Source of the DNA: an uncultured Bacilli bacterium
Lineage (GTDB): Bacteria; Bacillota_I; Bacilli_A; RFN20; CAG-826
Direction of reading: 5' to 3'
Assembly (NCBI GenBank): GCA_905236535.1
Contig: CAJOQN010000006.1
Coordinates: 3,484-67,483 of the forward strand
DNA: 64,000 bases
Shown: in pieces, positions 39,592 through 48,724 of the stretch
Layout: every line of letters starts with the position of its first letter
How positions within the stretch are numbered: the stretch's first letter is position 1
Notes under the pieces: generated by a model
Seen by the model: the letters and a program-made list of their open reading frames with translations, nothing else
Database searches by the model: none
Told to the model about the DNA's origin: nothing
Position numbers and translations under genes: made by a program

Positions 39592-40519
39592 TGTCTGGCA
39601 TGAAGATCTCATAGAGCATAAGGGAATAATCTAATTCAACATGGTTACCATTCCCATCTTTTAGATATCCCATTGGATTATCGGTAATATTATCTCTATC
39701 AAAATCATATTCAACAGAAATTCCACAGACTCGTGTAAGGTGTCTATTCCCAAGTCTAAAGCCAAAGAATTTATATGGTGGATTAAACGGATCTTCTTTT
39801 GGGTTGGTCTTAATGTTATCAATCTTATAAGAGAAGGTATTTTTATCATATCCATCTTCAGTTTTAGAATATAGGCTAATTTTCAATGTAACGCCTGTTT
39901 CTAAATAATTAGAAACATTTTCATTTTCTTCCACGATGCCATTATCATTAAAATCATATTCACCAGCGTGAGTGTAATCATATGATGCTTTAAATGACAT
40001 TGCGATGTAATTTAAGTTATCAGTTTCCTTGCTAAAAATTGCACCAAAACCATCTTCATCAATCTGCACTCTCGCTTGTTGATAACGACCATGACAGAAC
40101 ATTTGACCATCGAACAACTTGGATAAATAACCATATCTAAAGAAAGAATTAGTCCTTGATAATTTTCTGGTTGGTCCATACCCAACATCTAAATAAAAGT
40201 CTGAATCGCCAGAGAAATAATCATCTACATATGTCAAATTTTGTTGAGCCTCTTCATCACAAAGTCTAAAGTTTTGATCGTTGTATGATTCAAAGACATA
40301 GTCTGAATCGCTTGAAAGATTATATTCATTAGTGTTAACAATTTGATTTTTCTCATTTTTTGGATCAATTTTTGTATTCCAAACACGATAATAATCCTTT
40401 TGGAAATTCCCGGAATTATAGGCATCGCCAGAATAATATTCTTTTAAGCCATAACCACACGCTGAAAGGGTCATCGCAAAAAAGGAAACAGATAACATAG
40501 CTAACCTTTTAAATTTCAT
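39578..40519 (-). CDS. Lipoprotein of unknown function
   Basis: ORF 39578..40558 trimmed to MKFKRLAMLSVSFFAMTLSACGYG (lipobox; AAAGGAGAG SD 7 nt upstream). Begins 7 nt after the stop of the upstream membrane-protein gene. Confidence 0.5.
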   Translation of the reverse strand: MKFKRLAMLSVSFFAMTLSACGYGLKEYYSGDAYNSGNFQKDYYRVWNTKIDPKNEKNQIVNTNEYNLSSDSDYVFESYNDQNFRLCDEEAQQNLTYVDDYFSGDSDFYLDVGYGPTRKLSRTNSFFRYGYLSKLFDGQMFCHGRYQQARVQIDEDGFGAIFSKETDNLNYIAMSFKASYDYTHAGEYDFNDNGIVEENENVSNYLETGVTLKISLYSKTEDGYDKNTFSYKIDNIKTNPKEDPFNPPYKFFGFRLGNRHLTRVCGISVEYDFDRDNITDNPMGYLKDGNGNHVELDYSLMLYEIFMPDTTWK

Positions 40520-41918
40520 ATTCGCTCTCCTTTCCATAAATGGGCGCTTCAGCTTCAATTGAAACCGTTTTTTTTACTTCGTTATTTTTTGAATTTGTAA
40601 CTTTAAACATATATCCAATAAAGAAAATAGCAATTAAAAATAAACCGTTCGTATATATCGGAGATAAGTTATTATAGCGAAGAAGCGGTTGAGCGTCGTA
40701 GTTAATAAGGGAATAAACAAAGAATGATGAAACAAAGCCAAGAATTAAAGATTTGGTCAATATGTCATCATTACCTTTGACGTAATAATCACTAATCGTA
40801 CTTCTTGTAAAAACAAAATCGATAACAAGGACAACAAGCCCTAAAACACCGCTGGTAATAATTGTGTCAAACAAGATGGAATTAGAAATATCTACTTCTG
40901 TTCCAATTGGATACCATCCAATGATGGTATTAGAGCCAAAAGCGTATTTTAAAATCAAATTATAATTAACGACAAAACGATTGGAATTAAAGAGCCTGTT
41001 AAGAATTTGATGAGAGGCGATGAAATTTCTAAATCCTTCAGTCCAACCCCACAATGTTTGAGCGTTTAAAACAAGAATAATAAAAGCAATTAAAATAACA
41101 ATTAAAAATCCAATTATTATCCATTTTAGGATTTGAGATCCTTTAATAACTTTCTTTCCAAATAAGATGATAAGAGTAATGATCACTAATAACAAAACAT
41201 CAGTGATGATTGTAATTTTGATTGGCATGGTTAATAAAGCAATAAGTCCAATGGCAGCGTAGATCGCATATATTGAGAATTTAAGTTTTTCTTTTTTTGG
41301 TGAAATAAAGAATAAAGCGATAACGCTAGAAGACAAAACAGAAGGAAATAAAGTAAAGTATTGGATTGAAACTTCTTGGAATTTAAATCCCATTAAGAAA
41401 TACGCTGTTTCACCAATTGGGGTTGAAGATATTCCACCATCATAATAAACATAATGTTTAGCGTGAATAATCGTATAGAATGGAACGAACTGAATCATCG
41501 TAAAGAAATAAGATATCAAAACAATTAAAGCAATGCCGCCATAAATGGCGATTAAAGCTTTGGACATATCAAATTTGGAATTAACTCCAGAGAAATATCC
41601 CATCGCAGCAAAAGCCAAAAGGCCGACAGGAAGGAAAATAGATTCAGCTAGGCTCAATCCACCTCCACTAGCAAATGGACTAAGCGCGGAAATTAATCCA
41701 AAGATAAAAAGAGGAATAGCAAAAAATAGGACGGAGATAAAGCCATCTTTTTTAATTTCTCTCACAGAGATAATGCCCATTAGGATGGCAATAACAATTC
41801 CCAATGAAGCAAAGACAATAAAGGAATTGGATAAACCAAAACTAATAAACGCTAAAACTTCTAGAATGAGAAAGAGGGTAATCGTGCTAATAGTTTCTAA
41901 AGTTGTATTTCTATTCAT
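40509..41918 (-). CDS. Polytopic membrane protein (about 12 TM), possibly O-antigen-ligase/polymerase-like
   Basis: ORF 40509..41927. An extended -10 (TGGTATAAT) overlaps the first ATG, so the ATG at 41918 (MNRNTTLE) is the likely leaderless start. No family motif recognised with confidence. Confidence 0.45.
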   Translation of the reverse strand: MNRNTTLETISTITLFLILEVLAFISFGLSNSFIVFASLGIVIAILMGIISVREIKKDGFISVLFFAIPLFIFGLISALSPFASGGGLSLAESIFLPVGLLAFAAMGYFSGVNSKFDMSKALIAIYGGIALIVLISYFFTMIQFVPFYTIIHAKHYVYYDGGISSTPIGETAYFLMGFKFQEVSIQYFTLFPSVLSSSVIALFFISPKKEKLKFSIYAIYAAIGLIALLTMPIKITIITDVLLLVIITLIILFGKKVIKGSQILKWIIIGFLIVILIAFIILVLNAQTLWGWTEGFRNFIASHQILNRLFNSNRFVVNYNLILKYAFGSNTIIGWYPIGTEVDISNSILFDTIITSGVLGLVVLVIDFVFTRSTISDYYVKGNDDILTKSLILGFVSSFFVYSLINYDAQPLLRYNNLSPIYTNGLFLIAIFFIGYMFKVTNSKNNEVKKTVSIEAEAPIYGKESEYEI

Positions 41919-41941
41919 CTTTACCATTATACCAGTCTATT

Positions 41942-42118
41942 TAAAAAAGAAAAAACCGTCATAATATTAAGACGGCTTTTTGAAGAATAAATCTTCTATA
42001 TATGTGTCAGGAGTAAGCGTTACTCCCGATTAGCCCAGGTCGATAAAGCGTTAAAAGTGTTCATACGCATAATCTCCCTTTGATATATTTATATACCTCA
42101 ACACAAAATATAACACAA
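41942..42118 (-). other. Orphan micro-transcription unit: promoter (TTGTGT-17-TATATA), SD GGGAGA, 16-codon ORF (42020..42070, MRMNTFNALSTWANRE), a hairpin covering the stop codon, then a strong terminator (41942..41981)
   Basis: All elements read directly on the minus strand, in canonical order and spacing. The GCCGTC-N10-GACGGT hairpin with a following U-run lies immediately upstream of the membrane-protein gene's own -10 box. Confidence 0.5.
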
Positions 42119-42183
42119 AAGATAAAAACAATCAGTTTTTTATTTTTGATTGAAACGAAAAAGTAAAGTAATATTAATATGCA

Positions 42184-42846
42184 ATGACAGAAGAACAAAG
42201 AAAAAAGGTTGTCGCAGATAATCTAGTCAAATTTCGAAAAGCTAAAGGCCTAACTCAAGCCGAATTAGCCGAAAGATTAAACTATTCTGATAAATCAATC
42301 TCCAAATGGGAAAGGGGAGAAGGTTTTCCAGATATCTTTATCTTGAAAGAAATGGCGGAATTTTATGGTGTCAGCATTGATGATTTCTTTTTTGAGAAAG
42401 AAGTTAAGATAAAAAGAAAAAGACCAATCAAAAATGAAATTATCATTCCTTCATTAGCTTTAGGAATCGTGTGGTTCGTCTTGGTCACTTTATTCGCTAT
42501 CGCTTTGATCGTATTTAGCGACAAGATTCCTGCTCCTTGGTTATTATTCATCTATGGAATCCCAATAAGCGGAATTGTTCTCATAGTTTTTATGGCCATC
42601 TATAAGAAAAAGTTCTTAGTTTTAATAGGGGTCTCAATATTAATCTGGGGACTAGCTTTAAGTGTCTATCTAACATTGATTATTATCATGGCGCCAAATT
42701 CATGGATGTGGCTTATCTTCATTATATGTGTCCCAATTCAAATAATGGCGATATTATACTACTTATTAAAAAATAGCGATAAGTTTAAACAAAACCTTCA
42801 AAAGATATTCAAACGTAAGAAAAAAGAAGTCAAAAATGAAAAATAA
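42184..42846 (+). CDS. Membrane-anchored XRE-family HTH transcriptional regulator
   Basis: 220 aa. N-terminal Cro/C1-type HTH (LVKFRKAKGLTQAELAERLNYSDKSISKWERGEGFPDIFIL) followed by four predicted TM helices. Confidence 0.7.
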   Translation: MTEEQRKKVVADNLVKFRKAKGLTQAELAERLNYSDKSISKWERGEGFPDIFILKEMAEFYGVSIDDFFFEKEVKIKRKRPIKNEIIIPSLALGIVWFVLVTLFAIALIVFSDKIPAPWLLFIYGIPISGIVLIVFMAIYKKKFLVLIGVSILIWGLALSVYLTLIIIMAPNSWMWLIFIICVPIQIMAILYYLLKNSDKFKQNLQKIFKRKKKEVKNEK

Positions 42847-42870
42847 TCCGGTATTTGCAGTAAATCCGGA

Positions 42871-43869
42871 TTATTTTTTTGATTTTTTCTTTTCTGCTCT
42901 AAGATTTTTGTTTTCTTTGCGTTGTTTTTTCTTTTCGATTTTTTTAGCTTGTTTGTCAGCCTTCTTTTGCACTACTTTATTCTCAACAACATCGATATCA
43001 CCATCGTTATAGTAGAGGATACCGAGACACTTTGGACCGCAGTGAGAAGTGATTGTCGCGCCAGCAATTGTTTCATGGACTTCGGTGACACCATATTCTC
43101 TTAAAGCTCTTTTTGCTTCTTCAATCATTTCTACGGTCGCATGAGAGTGAGTGATAAAGACATGTTTCTTACAGATATTAGGGAATTGTTTAATAATATC
43201 GACACAGTAGTTATAAACACAAGCGCTTTGTTTACCAATATACTTTTTACCTGGGCTCATTGATCCGTCTTGGACAAGGATTTGAGGTTTTAATCTTAAA
43301 ATAGTGCCTAGTGTTCTAGATAACCCGGAACATCTACCACCCATATAGAGATAATCAAGGGTATTGACGACGAAGCTAGCTTGAGCTTTCATCTTGCGGG
43401 ATTCCACTAATCGAACAATTTCATCAACTTCTTTACCTTCCGCTAATAATTCAGCCGCGTAAATAACTTGAAGTCCAACACCTGTGGATAATGATTTGGA
43501 ATCAATGACATGAATTTTTTCTTTTCCAAGTCTTTCAGCAACATTTCTTGCGTTTTTAACTGCGCTTGAAAACCTTAAAGACATTGAAATATGAATGATT
43601 TCATCATATTCCTTGAGCAAGTTTTTGAAGAATTCTTCAAATTGGAATTCGTTAACCGCACAGGTCTTAGGAAGGATTTTTGTCTTGTCGACGAAATCAA
43701 AGATTTCGGTTGTGGAGAAATTGCCATCATAAAGCATCTCTTCACCAAGAAGAACTCCGAAGGGAACAACATGTATATTGTATTGTTTGATTAACTCAGG
43801 AGAGAGATCAGCGGTAGATTCAGTTGTAATAGCGACTTTTTTCATGTTCTTGTTCTTTGATTTTAGCAT
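42871..43869 (-). CDS. DegV-family (fatty-acid-binding) protein with a lysine-rich C-terminal tail
   Basis: 332 aa. DegV/EDD-fold pattern (KVAITTESTADLSPEL...), then a C-terminal extension of about 40 residues that is >50% Lys. Confidence 0.8.
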   Translation of the reverse strand: MLKSKNKNMKKVAITTESTADLSPELIKQYNIHVVPFGVLLGEEMLYDGNFSTTEIFDFVDKTKILPKTCAVNEFQFEEFFKNLLKEYDEIIHISMSLRFSSAVKNARNVAERLGKEKIHVIDSKSLSTGVGLQVIYAAELLAEGKEVDEIVRLVESRKMKAQASFVVNTLDYLYMGGRCSGLSRTLGTILRLKPQILVQDGSMSPGKKYIGKQSACVYNYCVDIIKQFPNICKKHVFITHSHATVEMIEEAKRALREYGVTEVHETIAGATITSHCGPKCLGILYYNDGDIDVVENKVVQKKADKQAKKIEKKKQRKENKNLRAEKKKSKK

Positions 43870-43925
43870 CTTTTTACTTTAAATAAAGCAAAAGAGAGAG
43901 ACAAGCCCTCTCATTACTAATAATT

Positions 43926-44317
43926 TGGTGGAGCCGGCGGTATCGAAACCGCGTCCGAAGATAGTCACTCAATAATGTCTACAGTTTAGACAATATTTAA
44001 GTTTAACGTGCTTTCGAATATTGACAGACTAAGGCACGCGAGACTTACCAATTTCATAACGGATAACAAGTCCACTTCACGTTACTAGCCTTTTGGTATG
44101 ATACCTTATCCAAGCGTGAAAGGCGAAAACCTTGGAGGGCACTCTGCCCGGCGCCTTGCGTCGGACCCTGTGTCGGGAGCTAAATTAAGCTAAGCAGAGA
44201 GATTGAGCTCTAGGGGCTCTCATATAACTATTGGCAGTTATATTGTTTTTGATGATAACGTCATCGCTCGACTGCAATTAAAGACAAACCGATCTCCGTC
44301 GAAACCATTTCGACCCC
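43926..44317 (-). ncRNA. ssrA: tmRNA (ssrA, transfer-messenger RNA)
   Basis: The minus strand reads GGGGUCGAAAUGGUUUCGACGGAG... at the 5' end and ...GACGCGGUUUCGAUACCGCCGGCUCCACCA at the 3' end. This gives a tRNA-Ala-like acceptor stem with G3-U70 and a genomically encoded CCA. Length about 392 nt. A TTGATA-17-TAAAAT promoter lies about 22 nt upstream (44340..44368). Confidence 0.85.
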
Positions 44318-44430
44318 ATGTTGTGCTTTTAGCATTGTCATTTTAGAGGCCAAAAAAGAAAATATCAATAACTATTTGTAAAATAGGTCGCTATATTATA
44401 AACTTTTAATTACGTGAATACGGTGATTAT

Positions 44431-45603
44431 ATGAAAGACTCTACAAAAAATACTCTCAAACTATTAGCCACAACAAATATAAGAAATGATGATACCCTTA
44501 TCGCGGCCAAAACCGCTCCATGGTGGATTCCAATGATTTTGGGTCTCGTTTCTATTATCATACCTTTAATTCCAATTATGACTAGTGTTTCTAAAACACA
44601 TGGTGCCTCCGTTTTTGCCTCTAATAACTTTGGGATGGATTTGACCAACACCGGAGCTTTCCTTGAATTAAAAGAAGAAGGATATGACTTCAAAGTGGAT
44701 GGTAATAAACAACTCCTCTCCTATAAAGATGGGGCATTAAGAACCGAATTCAACGATGCTGAACCACTTGCCCAATACATCTCCGTCAGCGCGGAAGGTA
44801 TTCAACAAATCGAATATCAAATTTATTATTTGAATTCTACAAGCAGTAAAGATATTTCGGCCTTCATAAAAGATTTAAACGCCGAAAGATATATTGTCGG
44901 GACAATAACCAAATACGTTCCAGAAGAAAACCCATCATCACTTTATTTAGAAGAAAGTGAATCTGAAACTTCAGAAGAAGAAATTTCTGAAGATGTCTCT
45001 GAAGAATCAAGCGAACCCTCAACCGTCGATACATATTATCGTCCATCGTTCCTTCTTCTTTACAAAACTGGAATGGCGCTTCAAATCTTTGAAAGAAACA
45101 ATGTTAAGAGAATAAGCGCAGTCTCTGGTGACTGGTATCACACCACTAAAGATGAATTCATCATCGAAAAGATGCTTAAGACCGAAAATAAACCTGAAAT
45201 AGATTTCACAAAAGACGCTAATGGGGCGTATAAAGTCTTAAGAGAACCAAGTTATCTTAGTGATGTTCACAAGAACTTCTCCAAGACATTGGATGAAGTC
45301 TATACAGAAACCAAAACGAGAACCTTCTGGTCCTACACTGGTATCTTCTTCGGTGTCTACTTCGCCGTCATTGTCTTTATGGCCCTTCTTTGCTTCTTAT
45401 TAACAAGAGGCAAGAACAATCCTATGAACTATCTCACGTTCTGGACTTGTGTCAAGATGGTGTGCTGGGCTTCCTTCGCCCCAGCGTTACTCGCGATGAT
45501 CGCCGGATTCATCTTAACATCATATGCCTCAATGTTCTTCATCCTCCTCATGGGTATGAGAATAATGTGGCTCTCGATGAAACAATTAAGACCTGCTCAA
45601 TAA
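44431..45603 (+). CDS. Membrane protein with a poly-acidic Ser/Glu linker
   Basis: 390 aa. One N-proximal TM, an extracytoplasmic domain, the low-complexity stretch EESESETSEEEISEDVSEESSEP, and a C-terminal 3-4 TM bundle. Confidence 0.45.
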   Translation: MKDSTKNTLKLLATTNIRNDDTLIAAKTAPWWIPMILGLVSIIIPLIPIMTSVSKTHGASVFASNNFGMDLTNTGAFLELKEEGYDFKVDGNKQLLSYKDGALRTEFNDAEPLAQYISVSAEGIQQIEYQIYYLNSTSSKDISAFIKDLNAERYIVGTITKYVPEENPSSLYLEESESETSEEEISEDVSEESSEPSTVDTYYRPSFLLLYKTGMALQIFERNNVKRISAVSGDWYHTTKDEFIIEKMLKTENKPEIDFTKDANGAYKVLREPSYLSDVHKNFSKTLDEVYTETKTRTFWSYTGIFFGVYFAVIVFMALLCFLLTRGKNNPMNYLTFWTCVKMVCWASFAPALLAMIAGFILTSYASMFFILLMGMRIMWLSMKQLRPAQ

Positions 45604-45611
45604 AAAGAAAT

Positions 45612-45635
45612 CCTCGGTTGATGACCGAGGTTTTT
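45612..45635. terminator. Bidirectional rho-independent terminator
   Basis: CCTCGGT-TGATG-ACCGAGG hairpin flanked by an A-run and TTTTT. Overlaps the stop codon of the convergent 114-aa gene. Confidence 0.65.
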
Positions 45636-45978
45636 AATCGCCATAATCTGATCCTCTAGATTTATCTTCAACATAAATTTGTAGAGGGTCGGTGATATCG
45701 AATATTTCTAAAATAATGTAATTTTCGTTTTCCACGAGAGTTTGAGGATATTCAAATTCTGCAGTAAAAATGACTTTTTTATTCTTTTTTACCACTTCTT
45801 CCATCCTTTTCAGGATACGTGGATAATCTTCAAGACGGTGCTCTTTAAATCCCAATAATTGACGATAAAAGGCGGGTTCAATATAAAACCTTTCCCCACT
45901 TTCATATTCAAACAAAGTGGAAAATGGATTATTTTTATCTTCGATAATTTTTAAGTGTTCAAATTCTGGATAGTTCAT
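45634..45978 (-). CDS. Hypothetical protein
   Basis: 114-aa ORF. Its stop is 4 nt-overlapped by the rlmH start upstream. No motif recognised. Confidence 0.4.
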   Translation of the reverse strand: MNYPEFEHLKIIEDKNNPFSTLFEYESGERFYIEPAFYRQLLGFKEHRLEDYPRILKRMEEVVKKNKKVIFTAEFEYPQTLVENENYIILEIFDITDPLQIYVEDKSRGSDYGD

Positions 45979-46454
45979 TTGTGGTAGGTCTCATTTCTAT
46001 TTATTTTAAAGGCTCGGTAAATTTGTTCAAGCAAGATAAGACGGGTCATCTGATGGAGAAAGGTCATTTTAGAGAAAGATAAGGAGTCATTCGCTCGTTT
46101 TTTAAGTTCATCACTAAGACCATATGAACCCCCGATAATAAATGTTAACGAGGAGTTGCCGACCACAAATTTATCTTCTAGATATTTTGCAAATTCAGGG
46201 CTGGTAAGCTCTTTTTTGTTTAAATCGAGATTAATGACATAATCTCCTGGTTTTAATAACTTCAAAACCTTTTGTCCTTCTTTATTTTTGACAATTTCGA
46301 TTTCTGATAAAGATGGATTATCTTTAACCGGCTCATCCATCACTTCAGCAATCTCTGTTTGAGCGTAGGCTTGAAGTCGTTTGAGATATTCATTAATTCC
46401 ATTTTTAAGATAATCTTCTTTGATTTTCCCAATCGCGATAATTCTTATTTTCAT
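45975..46454 (-). CDS. rlmH: 23S rRNA (pseudouridine1915-N3)-methyltransferase RlmH
   Basis: 159 aa. SPOUT-family pattern (IRIIAIGKIKEDYLKNGINEYLKRL ... FIIGGSYGLSDELKKRANDSLSFSKMTFLHQM). Confidence 0.85.
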   Translation of the reverse strand: MKIRIIAIGKIKEDYLKNGINEYLKRLQAYAQTEIAEVMDEPVKDNPSLSEIEIVKNKEGQKVLKLLKPGDYVINLDLNKKELTSPEFAKYLEDKFVVGNSSLTFIIGGSYGLSDELKKRANDSLSFSKMTFLHQMTRLILLEQIYRAFKINRNETYHK

Positions 46455-47197
46455 AATTTTCCTCCTGTTAAGGAAACATATTGATTCGCGACACGAATAT
46501 TATATTTTGAGATATCAAGGTGGAAGAAAGAGAAAATCCGATTATAAGCCTCTAAAGCAAGCTCTGGAGTATTACATTCTTCAGAGATATGCGCGAGAGT
46601 GATCTCTTTGGTTCTTGGACCAACGATATCTTTCGCCGCGAGTGCGCTATCTTCGTTGGAAAGATGGCCATGATCAGAAGCGATTCTTGTTTTTAAATCT
46701 AAAGGTCTATTTGATTTATAAAGCATCTTTAAATCGTGGTTACATTCTAAAATCAAATAAGTTGGATTAGAAACATATGATAAGCACTCATCTAAAAAGA
46801 TTCCGGTGTCGGTCATATAAACGAGTTTTTCCTCAGCGGTTTCAATAATAAATCCACAGGGATTTGAAGCGTCATGTGAAGTTCTAATTGGAATGATATC
46901 AACATCTTTTAAATGATATCTTTGATATAATTCCAAAACATTATATCCATTTGAGGGAAGACTCCCGTCTAAAGCATATTGCTTACGAATTGGGATAAAT
47001 CTTAAGCCGTTTATATGATCTGAATGATTATGAGTAAATAAAGCGAAATCAATGTCTTCCGCTTTTAAATTGATCTCTTTTAAGCCTTCCTCTAAACGCG
47101 AAAAAGAAATTCCCATATCAATGAGAATTACTGTGTTTTTATGTTTTACAATTGTGGCGTTTCCTTTGGAACCGCTAGCAATAATATGATAGAGCAT
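46451..47197 (-). CDS. MBL-fold metallo-hydrolase (YycJ/WalJ-like)
   Basis: ORF 46451..47248 trimmed to MLYHIIASGSKGNATIV. THNHSDH metal-binding motif (HxHxDH). Confidence 0.75.
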   Translation of the reverse strand: MLYHIIASGSKGNATIVKHKNTVILIDMGISFSRLEEGLKEINLKAEDIDFALFTHNHSDHINGLRFIPIRKQYALDGSLPSNGYNVLELYQRYHLKDVDIIPIRTSHDASNPCGFIIETAEEKLVYMTDTGIFLDECLSYVSNPTYLILECNHDLKMLYKSNRPLDLKTRIASDHGHLSNEDSALAAKDIVGPRTKEITLAHISEECNTPELALEAYNRIFSFFHLDISKYNIRVANQYVSLTGGKL

Positions 47198-47202
47198 CTT
47201 AA

Positions 47203-48723
47203 TTAATCGGCGTCGTCTACGCCATATTTTTGCATTTCCTCTTCCCAATCTTTAGGAGCGGGGTCGAAACGGCCATAAGATTTATAGAAAAATAAATAAG
47301 CTTTTCCTGGTTCACCGTTTCTGTTCTTTGCAACATTGACTTCAACATAAGAAACATTGCCTGGAATTTCGGCGATTTTCGCATCTCTTTGAGCCGCGAC
47401 TTTTTCTTCATCAGACATTTGCCCACCTTTTTCATTTTCCCAAGATTTACCTTTGTTCTTCTTGGTATTTTTTTCATAATAGTCACCACGGAATAAGAGC
47501 ATGACAACGTCAGCGTCTTGTTCGATAGAACCACTATCACGAAGGTCGGAAAGCATTGGTCTCTTGGAATCACGTTTTTCAACATCACGAGATAATTGTG
47601 ATAAGACCACAACCGGAATCTTTAATTCTCTGGATAAATCTTTTAAAGCTAATGAAATCTTACGAACTTCTTCGTTACGACTATCAGCCTTGCCTGATTT
47701 AACCCCAAGTTGAATTAAGCCTAAATAATCGATGAAAATCATTCCAAGATCTGGGTTGGTCGCTGCAAGTTTTTTAGATTTAGCGATAATATCTGTTAAA
47801 CGAAGACCAGAAGAATCATCGATATAAAGTTTAAGGGTGGATAATTCTTTAATCGCTCCGTTGATTTTAAGACGTGAATCACCATCGCCTAAATTACCAG
47901 AATTGATTTTGCTTAAATCAACACAAGATAAAGACGCGATCAAACGTCTCATCAATAATTCTGCACTCATTTCAAGAGAGAAGAAGGCAACAGGAACATC
48001 GTGATAACGAGTAGCGTTCAAGGCAAAGTTTAAAGCTAAAGCGGTCTTACCTAAACCTGGACGACCAGCAATAATTGTTAAAGTTCCGGGTTGAAAACCT
48101 TGGGTATAGTGATTTAAGTTACCATAACCGGTGGTTAAACCAATTAAATCTTTATCCGCAGAACCATAGGATTTAGAAGCCATCATCTCAATTTCATTTT
48201 TAACAACTTGAGCGACTTCTTCTGCGGTTCTAAAAGAGGATACTTTTCTTCTCGCGATAGAATCTTTGAAGTCAGATTCACTTTGAATGATAAAATCATT
48301 AACATCTTCAACTTCGTGTTCCATATATTTCTTATCAATGTCTCTAACAGTGATAAGCATTTTTCTTAAAACTGATTGATTTTGAACAATGTTGATATAG
48401 AATTCAAGGTTCGCAAACGTCACCATTGAATCAGCGCATTCTTGTAAATATTTAACGCCTCCAATATGGTCGAGTTCTTGAATGTTTGCGAGCTCTTCAG
48501 CGACCGTTAAAATATCAATCGCAACACGACGCGCAAAAAGATTTGCGATAACGCGAAAAATAATTTGGTGACGTCCTTCAAAGAAGTCATCTTCTTGGAG
48601 AGAAGAGATGACATTATTCGCCATCGAACTTTTTAATAAAGCTGAACCTAAGACCGCTCTTTCTGCATCAGAATTATGAGGGAGAGGTTCGGCGCGATAT
48701 TTAACTTCTTTTTTATCTGCCAT
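47203..48723 (-). CDS. dnaB: Replicative DNA helicase DnaB
   Basis: ORF 47203..48744 trimmed to MADKKEV (GGAGG SD). Walker A GRPGLGKTALAL and the DnaB C-terminal RecA-like domain motifs are present. Confidence 0.9.
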   Translation of the reverse strand: MADKKEVKYRAEPLPHNSDAERAVLGSALLKSSMANNVISSLQEDDFFEGRHQIIFRVIANLFARRVAIDILTVAEELANIQELDHIGGVKYLQECADSMVTFANLEFYINIVQNQSVLRKMLITVRDIDKKYMEHEVEDVNDFIIQSESDFKDSIARRKVSSFRTAEEVAQVVKNEIEMMASKSYGSADKDLIGLTTGYGNLNHYTQGFQPGTLTIIAGRPGLGKTALALNFALNATRYHDVPVAFFSLEMSAELLMRRLIASLSCVDLSKINSGNLGDGDSRLKINGAIKELSTLKLYIDDSSGLRLTDIIAKSKKLAATNPDLGMIFIDYLGLIQLGVKSGKADSRNEEVRKISLALKDLSRELKIPVVVLSQLSRDVEKRDSKRPMLSDLRDSGSIEQDADVVMLLFRGDYYEKNTKKNKGKSWENEKGGQMSDEEKVAAQRDAKIAEIPGNVSYVEVNVAKNRNGEPGKAYLFFYKSYGRFDPAPKDWEEEMQKYGVDDAD

Positions 48724-48724
48724 A

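Noticed and set aside
43870-44430. Genomic island or integrated element at the tmRNA gene (ssrA is a common integration site)
   Set aside because: No integrase, recombinase, direct repeat of the ssrA 3' end, or phage-like genes on either side. Flanking genes are DegV and an ordinary membrane protein.
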